DNA from: Clostridia bacterium | Lineage (GTDB): Bacteria; Bacillota; Clostridia; Christensenellales; DTU072 | Assembly (NCBI GenBank): GCA_017403145.1 | Contig: JAFQOO010000002.1 | Span: forward strand, 408 to 64,407 | Reading direction: 5' to 3' | Length of the DNA stretch: 64,000 nt | In this document: positions 35,189-43,413 of the stretch, piece after piece | Layout of the letters: every line of letters begins with the position of its first letter | Numbering within the stretch: the first letter of the stretch is position 1 | The notes under the pieces: generated by a model | What the model was told of the DNA's origin: nothing | Database searches by the model: none | What the model saw: the letters and a program-made list of their open reading frames with translations, nothing else | Program-made: the position numbers and the translations under genes

Positions 35189-36412
35189 ATGAGTAACGTT
35201 AAGGTACCTAAAATATTGATTCCAAACAAAAACGTTGATTTTCAAAAGTGGTCGACCATTGCTTGCGACCAATTTTGTGCACGTCCTAAGTATTGGGAAG
35301 AACTAGAAGCGTTGGTAGGCGATGCACCCTCTACGTTAAAGCTTACTTGTCCAGAAATCTATCTTAACAAAGGCGACCTTGATAAAAGGATACTAGGAGT
35401 ACAAAAGGAAATGACCTCTTATATAGAGCAAGGTCTATTTGATGAATACGAAAACTTTGTTTTGGTAGAAAGAGAGGTGGAAAACCATCGTAAGCGTGTA
35501 GGCATTATGATTGCTATTGACCTTGATAAATATAATTGGGAGCGCGTAAGAGTGCCGATAAGAGCAACGGAAGGAACGTTGGTTGAAAGGCTTCCCGTAA
35601 GAATAAAAATCAGAAAGGGCGCACCAATCGAGCTACCTCACGCTATCATACTAATAGACAACCCCGAAAAAGATATAATTGAACCCATATACGCCAATAG
35701 GGAAAAGCTACAAAAACTGTATGATTTTGAACTTAATATGGGTGGCGGAAGAATAGCAGGCTACAAGATTGAAAACTCTAACGAGATACTTGATAAGTTG
35801 GACTCTCTTTTAGACAAAAAGGTTCAAATTGCAAAGTATGGTGTTGATGCTGGTATCCAATTTGCAGTAGGCGATGGTAATCACTCTATAGCAACCGCAA
35901 AAGTTATGTGGGAAGAGCTAAAGAAAACTCTTGGTGAAGATGAAAGGGAAAACCATCCTGCAAGATTTATGCTTGTAGAAATGGTTAACCTTTATGGCGA
36001 AGGTATGGACTTTAAGCCCATTCATCGTTTGGTATATAATCCCACCCCCGATTTTATAGAAGGTTTAAAGCTCGCGTTAAAAGGTGAAAGCAAGTTAAAA
36101 GTTATCGTGGGCGAAAAGGAAGAATATATTTCTTGTCCCGATAAAGCAAGCCTTACCATCAGCGCAGTACAAAATTATATAGAAAGTTATCTTAAAGATA
36201 ATCCACAAGTAGAGGTTGAATACGTACATAACGAAGAACACCTTATGGATGCACTAAAAGAGTGCAACGGACTTGGCATAGTAATGCCGGAGTTCCCAAA
36301 TGCAGAGCTTGTAAATTTCGTGGTTAACGTAGGCAATCTACCCAAAAAAGCATTCTCCATAGGAGAACCCGAACACAAAAGATATTACCTTGAGTGTAAA
36401 TCCATAATCTAG
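35189..36412 (+). CDS. DUF1015 family protein
   Basis: Length about 407 aa, with ACDQF and VGDGNHS blocks typical of DUF1015. Confidence 0.65.
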   Translation: MSNVKVPKILIPNKNVDFQKWSTIACDQFCARPKYWEELEALVGDAPSTLKLTCPEIYLNKGDLDKRILGVQKEMTSYIEQGLFDEYENFVLVEREVENHRKRVGIMIAIDLDKYNWERVRVPIRATEGTLVERLPVRIKIRKGAPIELPHAIILIDNPEKDIIEPIYANREKLQKLYDFELNMGGGRIAGYKIENSNEILDKLDSLLDKKVQIAKYGVDAGIQFAVGDGNHSIATAKVMWEELKKTLGEDERENHPARFMLVEMVNLYGEGMDFKPIHRLVYNPTPDFIEGLKLALKGESKLKVIVGEKEEYISCPDKASLTISAVQNYIESYLKDNPQVEVEYVHNEEHLMDALKECNGLGIVMPEFPNAELVNFVVNVGNLPKKAFSIGEPEHKRYYLECKSII

Positions 36413-36423
36413 CGAGGTGTAAA

Positions 36424-37740
36424 ATGAAAGTATGTAAATTTGGTGGCACTTCAATGGCAACCGCACAATCAATCCTAAACGTAAAATCGATAATCGAAAG
36501 CGATTCAGAAAGAAAATACGTTATAGTATCCGCACCCGGTAAACGTTTTTCTAGTGATATAAAAATTACCGATATGCTATATAGCGCATATCAAGAAAAG
36601 TTCGAGACCGGTTCTTGCGCAAACAATATTGCTCTTATTCGTACTAGGTTCGTTGAACTAGCAAAAGAGTTGGGACTTGATATCGATATGAATAAGTACG
36701 TAGACGAGGTAGAAGCAGGAATACTAAAATCTACTTCTCCCGATTATGCTGCAAGTCGCGGTGAATATTTAAGTGCAGTTATTATGAGCGCCGTTCTTGG
36801 CTTCGATATGCTCGACGCAGGCGACGTTATCAAGTTTAAGCACGATGGAACTTTTGATAGTGAACTTACCAACGATTTGGTAAAGAAACACGCTCTCAAC
36901 GCAAAGAATGGTTTGGTAATTCCCGGTTTCTATGGTAGAATGCCCGATAAAACTATCAAAACCTTTTCTAGAGGCGGTTCCGACTTTACAGGAGCAATAA
37001 TTGCTCGTGGCGTAGGTGCTAAGGTATACGAAAACTGGACTGACGTTAACGGATTTTTAGTAACCGACCCTCGTTTGGTAGATAAACCCAAAAATATTGA
37101 AGTTTTGAGCTATGAAGAATTGCGCGAGTTATCGTATATGGGCGCAGGCGTATTGCATCCCGATTCTATATTCCCCGTTCAAATTGATAAAATTCCTATC
37201 AATATTCGCAACACTTTCGAGCCTAATCACAAAGGAACTATGATTATGGCATCCACCAAGGGCTATGATATTCCCAAAGTTACGGGCATTGCAGGTAGAA
37301 AGGGTAACACCACTATTTCTATGAAAAAGGCAATGATGAACGCAGAAATCGGTTTTTGTCGTAAGGTTTTGAGCGTGCTAGAAAGAAATGGTCTTTCCAT
37401 TGAACACGTTCCTACCGGTATAGATACAATGAGTATCGTTCTATCTGATGCAGGTCTAAAAGGTGTAGACGAAAACAAGCTTATCGACGACATTAGAGGA
37501 GCTGTTAATCCTGACCATATCGAAATAACCCATTCATTGGCTCTAATAGCAGTCGTAGGACACGGTATGGCAAATAGTCGTGGTGTTGCGGCAACGTTGT
37601 TTAACGCCCTTTACAAGGCCGGTGTTAACGTAAGAATGATAGACCAAGGTTCAAGCGAGCTTAACATAATCGTTGGCGTAGAAGAAAAAGATTATAACGC
37701 ATCTATCAAATCTATCTATAACGCATTCTTTGGTTGCTAA
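36424..37740 (+). CDS. lysC: Aspartate kinase
   Basis: Contains KFGGTSMA, the SRGGSDFTGA-type block, and a C-terminal ACT region. Confidence 0.9.
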   Translation: MKVCKFGGTSMATAQSILNVKSIIESDSERKYVIVSAPGKRFSSDIKITDMLYSAYQEKFETGSCANNIALIRTRFVELAKELGLDIDMNKYVDEVEAGILKSTSPDYAASRGEYLSAVIMSAVLGFDMLDAGDVIKFKHDGTFDSELTNDLVKKHALNAKNGLVIPGFYGRMPDKTIKTFSRGGSDFTGAIIARGVGAKVYENWTDVNGFLVTDPRLVDKPKNIEVLSYEELRELSYMGAGVLHPDSIFPVQIDKIPINIRNTFEPNHKGTMIMASTKGYDIPKVTGIAGRKGNTTISMKKAMMNAEIGFCRKVLSVLERNGLSIEHVPTGIDTMSIVLSDAGLKGVDENKLIDDIRGAVNPDHIEITHSLALIAVVGHGMANSRGVAATLFNALYKAGVNVRMIDQGSSELNIIVGVEEKDYNASIKSIYNAFFGC

Positions 37741-37772
37741 TAATTACATATTAAAAGTAAAAGTTAAAAGTA

Positions 37773-37806
37773 AAAGCCCGATGGATTTCCATCGGGCTTA
37801 TTTTTT
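37773..37806. terminator. Bidirectional terminator
   Basis: Stem aaagcccgatgg/ccatcgggctt followed by a T run. Confidence 0.9.
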
Positions 37807-38332
37807 AGTTTTCGATTAGTACGTCGTGTAATAGTTTATAAAGTTCGGGAGCTTTGTTGTTCCAATTATTTTTGACGGATATAGCAAGAGTACGACTTTC
37901 AACTATCATTTTTAGGTCAACTATTGTTTTCGTCATATCTTGTATTTTTAGAGAAACAGTAAAAGTTCCGTCTTCGTTATGGAAATAATCAGAGGTAAAT
38001 TCTTGACGTTTTCTATAAGATAGACGATTTTCTTTTAGGAAATCTTTGATTTCGTTTTGGAGGGATAGGGGAATATCCTTGTAAAAATAGGCGAGACAGT
38101 TTCTACCATCGGTGGTTATAGAAAGTAAGGGGCTATTTAAACCGGAAACGTTAGTTTTGTTTATAAAAGCACTAGTGGTTAGTTCGTTGATAACTTGCTT
38201 GCAGTAAAGATAGGGCATCCAAGCATTATCTACACAACAAAGCGAGAGAAATAGTTCCTCTGCAATAGGCATTTCGAATTTCTCTAATATGAACAAAACT
38301 AATAGTTTATTGTTAGTGCTTTCGTCGTTCAT
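37805..38332 (-). CDS. DUF4364-like (PadR-like wHTH) protein
   Basis: N-terminal LLVLFILEKFEMPI pattern. The ATG at 38332 has RBS ggaaggaag. Confidence 0.5.
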   Translation of the reverse strand: MNDESTNNKLLVLFILEKFEMPIAEELFLSLCCVDNAWMPYLYCKQVINELTTSAFINKTNVSGLNSPLLSITTDGRNCLAYFYKDIPLSLQNEIKDFLKENRLSYRKRQEFTSDYFHNEDGTFTVSLKIQDMTKTIVDLKMIVESRTLAISVKNNWNNKAPELYKLLHDVLIEN

Positions 38333-38492
38333 TTTTCTTCCTTCCAAAGTGTGCGGACTAAATTATAACACATTAAAAATTTTTTGTGGCAAATAAAAAT
38401 AAAATGCCCCTCGAATTTTTTTTCGAAGGACATTTTTTAAACTACATATTGTGGTGTGGATAACTAAAAATCACAAGCCCATTAACGTTAAA

Positions 38493-39944
38493 CTAAAAGC
38501 AAGTATTTTCGTATAGACGTAGGAAAAATCTTGTGCCGAGTTCTAAGCTTTCTATGCTTTGACGTTCGTTAATCCCGTGTATTCTGGCACCATCTTCGAT
38601 GGTCTTTTCGAAGGGGGTAAAACGATATACGCAGTTTGTTAAATTATAATAATGTTTAGCATCGGAGGCGGCTATAAAGGGATAGGGCGCAGCAATATAA
38701 CCGTTAAATACCTCGCCGATGGTTTGTTGCAAATCCTTGAATGCTTGGGTATCGATATCACTTACGGGGCTGGGGTCTATAGAGCCCTCAAGCATAGAAA
38801 TTTTAACGTTTTTACCAGCGATTTTTTGGATATAGGCTTTTACTTGCTCAACCGTTTCTCCGGTGTTTATACGACTGTTTACGGTGCCGGTTGCAACGGG
38901 AGCCAAAGTATTTGGCGTATGTGCGCCTTTAGTTTGGGTAGGAGCAAGGGTAGTGCGCATCAATCCATTCGTAAAGGGACTAACTAACGTTAAAACGAGC
39001 TTAAGCACCGGGGATAGTATATCGCGGTTTACCAGTGCAAGCTTAAAGCCAAAATTCATATATGGAGCAATACTCTTGAACATATCTTTAGTAGGTTTAG
39101 TCCAATAAGCACGTCTTTTATGTTTCTCTATTTTATATAGTGCTTCACTCAGTATACCAACAGAAGTGCGTCTATCGGGAGCAGAGCTGTGTCCACCATC
39201 CTTTTCAACTTCCAATACGTAATCGGCATAACCCTTTTCGCAGGTGCCTATAAGAGCAATCTTGTTATTTATGCCAAGCATTTTTCCATCTAAAATCGTA
39301 CCACCTTCGTCTAGTACGTATTCTAGTTTTATACCTTGACTTTCAAGGTGTTTGCTTATTTCTAGTGCTCCGAATGTTCCGCGCAATTCTTCGTCGTGGC
39401 CAAAGCAGAACATAATGGTACGCTTGGGATATAGACCGTCTTCAAGCAGTATTTCTAGACCTTCAAGAGCAACAATCATTTGGGATTTCATATCCTGCGA
39501 GCCTCTACCATAAACGTAACCATCTTTAATAGCACCGCTAAATGGGGGAACCTCCCAGCCTTCTTCGGGAGCCGGAACAACGTCTTGGTGTGCAAGTATC
39601 GCACAAGGTAATAAACTTTCATCACTACCTTTTACGGTATAAATCACAGCATATTTATTAACGTTGGTCTTTTTAGCAACTGCCATAATTTTGGGATAGC
39701 ATTTTTCTAGATATTCTTGATATTTATAGAAAATGCTACCATCGCAATCGTTGTCCTTTAGTGTAACGGTGGGAATTTGTACCGCACCAACTAGGTGAGA
39801 GGTAACTCGTTCCAAATCGATTTCGTGTGGAGTGTAATTGCGGTCTTCAAGTTTGGGCTTTTTGGTAAGAAGTGTTCTTATTACCATAAAAAGAATGAGT
39901 GCAACGAATAATGCTAAAACGCTATAACCTATAATTTCGGGCAT
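38493..39944 (-). CDS. M20/M25/M40 family metallopeptidase with an N-terminal membrane anchor
   Basis: Contains LAHQDVVP, GRGSQDMK, and HDEE(L) metal ligands. Confidence 0.8.
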   Translation of the reverse strand: MPEIIGYSVLALFVALILFMVIRTLLTKKPKLEDRNYTPHEIDLERVTSHLVGAVQIPTVTLKDNDCDGSIFYKYQEYLEKCYPKIMAVAKKTNVNKYAVIYTVKGSDESLLPCAILAHQDVVPAPEEGWEVPPFSGAIKDGYVYGRGSQDMKSQMIVALEGLEILLEDGLYPKRTIMFCFGHDEELRGTFGALEISKHLESQGIKLEYVLDEGGTILDGKMLGINNKIALIGTCEKGYADYVLEVEKDGGHSSAPDRRTSVGILSEALYKIEKHKRRAYWTKPTKDMFKSIAPYMNFGFKLALVNRDILSPVLKLVLTLVSPFTNGLMRTTLAPTQTKGAHTPNTLAPVATGTVNSRINTGETVEQVKAYIQKIAGKNVKISMLEGSIDPSPVSDIDTQAFKDLQQTIGEVFNGYIAAPYPFIAASDAKHYYNLTNCVYRFTPFEKTIEDGARIHGINERQSIESLELGTRFFLRLYENTCF

Positions 39945-40185
39945 AATATTTCTCCTTTGGGTTTATTGCATTATACAACCATTTGAATAAAAAATCAATA
40001 GGGAAGGCTATATGATGCATAAAAAAAGTAACCTATTTTTTGATAGACAGACCACCCCAAAAAAGTTATAAAAACCGACAAAAAACAGCTTTAAAAATTT
40101 ATTATTCATCAAATAATCGACAAATTGGGGACAAATCATACAAATTTAAACAAATCAAGGCATCATTTTGGGGATAAAGGGGTAG

Positions 40186-40236
40186 TTATCCACAATATTT
40201 TAAAGAGTTATCCACAATCAGGGGCGTTTATCCACA
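40186..40236 (+). promoter_or_regulatory. Cluster of three perfect, co-oriented DnaA boxes (TTATCCACA)
   Basis: Boxes lie at 40186..40194, 40208..40216 and 40228..40236, in a 670-bp AT-rich intergenic region. Confidence 0.8.
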
Positions 40237-40539
40237 AATAATTGTAAAGAAAAAGGGGTGATTTTCATATTCAGCGTATTTTGATACCCTAAAAGCATAC
40301 TTTTCAATGCATTTGGGACACCTTTTTAAGTATAAAAAAATAGTGTTAGTTTTTCTATCGAAAACTCACTTTTTTTGCAATAATTTTTTAGTGGTGTAGA
40401 AAAGCCAAGTTTTGGTGAGAAAACAAAGGTTTTTTAATATCGGCTGCTTGATAAACATTTCCCCTGCATAAAGCGACTAAATATTTCTATTGGTTGTAAA
40501 AAATTAGTATAATAAATACATATAATATTTAAATCAAGT

Positions 40540-40569
40540 TTGACAACGCGCGTGCGTGTATAGTAAAAT
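40540..40569 (+). promoter_or_regulatory. Promoter of the esterase gene, with an alternating Pu-Py spacer
   Basis: TTGACA-N18-TAAAAT. The spacer is acgcgcgtgcgtgta. Confidence 0.55.
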
Positions 40570-40617
40570 ACTAATGACGTTAGACGAGTAGTCAAAATTT
40601 GTCGTAAGGAGCATAAT

Positions 40618-41544
40618 ATGCATATTTCCAGAGCTTTTTTTAAGATGAGCGACCTTTTTAACCATCCGTTACGCAACTATAAGCGTTATCCAGGGGTTGT
40701 TGTAGAAAGAAATTTGCGTTATTCTATGGCGCATAAGATGGATAATAAGTTCGACGTATATTATTCACCTAAAAAGAAGAATGGTCCTTACCCGGTGCTT
40801 TTTAACATTCACGGTGGTGGATTTGTTCGTGGTGGAAAACAATATCGTTCTGGCTTCGCTAAGCGCTTCGCAGATAGAGGTTGGTTCGTAGTTAATATCG
40901 ACTATCGTTTGGCTCCTTATGGTATGTTCCCCGCTGCAACGGAAGATAGTATCTTTGCATTAAATTACGTTAATGCGTTAAAAGATATTTATGATTTGGA
41001 TTTAAATAAAATTGTTATTACCGGTGATTCGGCTGGTGGGTATTATGCTGCTCATTTGGTATCTGCAATTTATTCGAAAAGACTTAGGGATTCTTTAGGT
41101 TTACCCGAATACAAAGGTGTTAAGCCAAGAGGACTGTTAACTTTTTGCGCGCCCTTTGACGTAATCAAGTGCTTCACTGCCCCCACACCATTTGATATAA
41201 GTGTCGATATAACAAATTGCGTATTTGGAACACATTATCGTGATAACCATATTCCTAGCGAGTTCCCTTTCAAAGACGAGGACGTTAATATACTAAAGAA
41301 CGTTAATAACGAGTGGTGCGAAAGTATGATAGTAGCCGCTCAAAACGATAGTTTTTGCGGTGGTCAAATAGAGGATATGCTCGTCGCACTTGAAAACGCA
41401 GGTGTAAAATACGATTACTTTATTGCTAGAGCAAGAGGCGACGGACACTGCTCACATCTATTACCCTTTATGAAAGGCACTCCTGCAATAATGGCAAAGG
41501 TAGATGAGTTCTTGGAAAAAATCAAGGGAGAAAGCAACAATTAA
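40618..41544 (+). CDS. Alpha/beta hydrolase (HSL/arylacetamide deacetylase-like esterase)
   Basis: Oxyanion motif HGGGF and nucleophile elbow GDSAGG. Confidence 0.85.
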   Translation: MHISRAFFKMSDLFNHPLRNYKRYPGVVVERNLRYSMAHKMDNKFDVYYSPKKKNGPYPVLFNIHGGGFVRGGKQYRSGFAKRFADRGWFVVNIDYRLAPYGMFPAATEDSIFALNYVNALKDIYDLDLNKIVITGDSAGGYYAAHLVSAIYSKRLRDSLGLPEYKGVKPRGLLTFCAPFDVIKCFTAPTPFDISVDITNCVFGTHYRDNHIPSEFPFKDEDVNILKNVNNEWCESMIVAAQNDSFCGGQIEDMLVALENAGVKYDYFIARARGDGHCSHLLPFMKGTPAIMAKVDEFLEKIKGESNN

Positions 41545-41600
41545 TTTTGTTTTAATACTACAATGTTAAAACAAAGCGAATATAAATAAAGAGGCTAATA

Positions 41601-43412
41601 ATGGCAAAAGACAGAGTTAAAAAAATAGATGGAGATGAAGAGCCTTTTAAAATAGATATAAAGAATATATCTTTTAAGGAATTCTTTTCTTGTATAAAGG
41701 GGTACGGGGTAGAAACTATTCTTGCACCCTTCTTTATCGTATTGGAAGTTATACTAGAAGTATTTATTCCATTTATTATGGCAAGCCTTATTGATAAAGG
41801 TATCGGTAATGGTCAAATTCCGCCCAACCTAAACGAAGTTTGGAAATATGGTGGAATTATGCTTGCACTAGCTTTTGGCGCTCTAGTTACGGGCGTGCTT
41901 TCTGCAAGATTTGCCGCTGTTGCTTCGCAAGGGTTTGGCAAGAATTTGCGTAAAAAGCTTTTTGATGCGGTACAAAGCTTTAGCTTTAGAAACGTTGACA
42001 AATTTTCACACGGTAGTTTGATTACTCGTTTGACGACCGACGTTACTTTTATCCAAAACACCTTTATGATGCTTATTCGTATTGCATTTAGAGCACCGGT
42101 TATGTTTGCATTTAGTATTGCAATGGCTATGAGTATAAACGTTAAGCTAAGCTTAATATTCGTTGCCATTGCACCGCTAATGATACTAGGAATAGTTATA
42201 GTGGGTATTGTAGTTTTCCCGTTATTTGGCAAGATGTTCAAAAAGTTCGATAGAATGAACAGTAGGCTACAAGAAAACCTACGCGCAATAAGAGTTGTAA
42301 AAGCATTCGTAAGAGAGGACCACGAAACCGAAAACTTCCGCAAGACTGCTGCTGATATTCAAAGGGCACAAGTAAGGGCGGAAAGAGTAATGGTATACGC
42401 GCAACCTATGGTACAATTTTGTATGTATGCGTGTATGGTATGCGTAATATGGTTTGGCGGAAATATGGTTCTTAACGAAACGGGTATGTCGCTTGGTGAA
42501 CTCAATTCCTTTATTTCATATATAAGTCAAATTTTGATGTCCTTGCTAACGCTGGCAATGATATTCGTCAATATCTTTATGACTATGCAATCGGCTGCTC
42601 GTACGTCGGAAGTGCTTTCCGAACGTCCCGATATTAACGACGAGCAAGCAGACGCTAGCTTGGAAGTGGCAGATAGTTCCATATCATTTGAAAACGTAAA
42701 TTTCGGCTATTCCAAAGGCGAAGATAAGTTGGTACTAAAGAATATCAATCTCCAAATTGGCGCGGGCGAGACGGTTGGTATCATAGGTGGAACGGGTTCT
42801 AGTAAATCAACGCTTGTTCAGCTTATACCCAGATTATACGACGTAAGCAGTGGTTGCGTTAAAGTAGGGGGAAGGGATATAAGAGATTATACTATCCATA
42901 CTTTACGCGATAGCGTTGCAATGGTGCTACAAAAGAACGTATTGTTTAGCGGTACAATTAGGGAGAACCTCAAATGGGGTAACGAGAACGCTACGGAAGA
43001 AGAAATCATTTCTGCTTGTAAAGTTGCTCAAGCCCACGACTTTGTAACCAGTTTTCCTGATGGCTACGAAACCGATTTGGGTCAAGGTGGTGTAAATGTT
43101 TCAGGCGGACAAAAGCAACGTTTATGTATCGCAAGAGCGCTAATTAAGAAGCCCAAAATAATGATTTTGGATGATTCTACTAGTGCAGTAGATACCGCTA
43201 CCGACGCACGTATCAGGCGCGCGTTTAGAGAGGAGCTAAAGGATACTACGGTTATTATAATAGCCCAACGTATTACTTCTATAAGCGACTGCGACAAGAT
43301 AATCGTTATGGATAACGGTGAGATAACCGATATAGGTACTCACGAAGAACTTTACGAAAAATCGGAAATTTATCGTGAAGTATGTATATCACAACAAAAG
43401 GGGGTTAAGTAA
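41601..43412 (+). CDS. ABC exporter, fused permease/ATPase (heterodimer partner 1)
   Basis: Six-TM domain, Walker A GGTGSSKST, signature VSGGQKQR, Walker B IMILDD. Confidence 0.9.
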   Translation: MAKDRVKKIDGDEEPFKIDIKNISFKEFFSCIKGYGVETILAPFFIVLEVILEVFIPFIMASLIDKGIGNGQIPPNLNEVWKYGGIMLALAFGALVTGVLSARFAAVASQGFGKNLRKKLFDAVQSFSFRNVDKFSHGSLITRLTTDVTFIQNTFMMLIRIAFRAPVMFAFSIAMAMSINVKLSLIFVAIAPLMILGIVIVGIVVFPLFGKMFKKFDRMNSRLQENLRAIRVVKAFVREDHETENFRKTAADIQRAQVRAERVMVYAQPMVQFCMYACMVCVIWFGGNMVLNETGMSLGELNSFISYISQILMSLLTLAMIFVNIFMTMQSAARTSEVLSERPDINDEQADASLEVADSSISFENVNFGYSKGEDKLVLKNINLQIGAGETVGIIGGTGSSKSTLVQLIPRLYDVSSGCVKVGGRDIRDYTIHTLRDSVAMVLQKNVLFSGTIRENLKWGNENATEEEIISACKVAQAHDFVTSFPDGYETDLGQGGVNVSGGQKQRLCIARALIKKPKIMILDDSTSAVDTATDARIRRAFREELKDTTVIIIAQRITSISDCDKIIVMDNGEITDIGTHEELYEKSEIYREVCISQQKGVK

Positions 43413-43413
43413 T

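Noticed and set aside
40012-40071. 19-aa ORF (MMHKKSNLFFDRQTTPKKL) in the DnaA-box intergenic region
   Set aside because: It is short, has no conservation evidence available, and lies in AT-rich sequence where such ORFs arise by chance.
39945-40617. Primary chromosomal origin (oriC)
   Set aside because: No dnaA or dnaN gene lies nearby. Gene orientation is predominantly + on both sides of the region, so there is no leading-strand switch. It is kept as a DnaA-box cluster or origin-like element in the findings. GC skew on the full replicon would decide.
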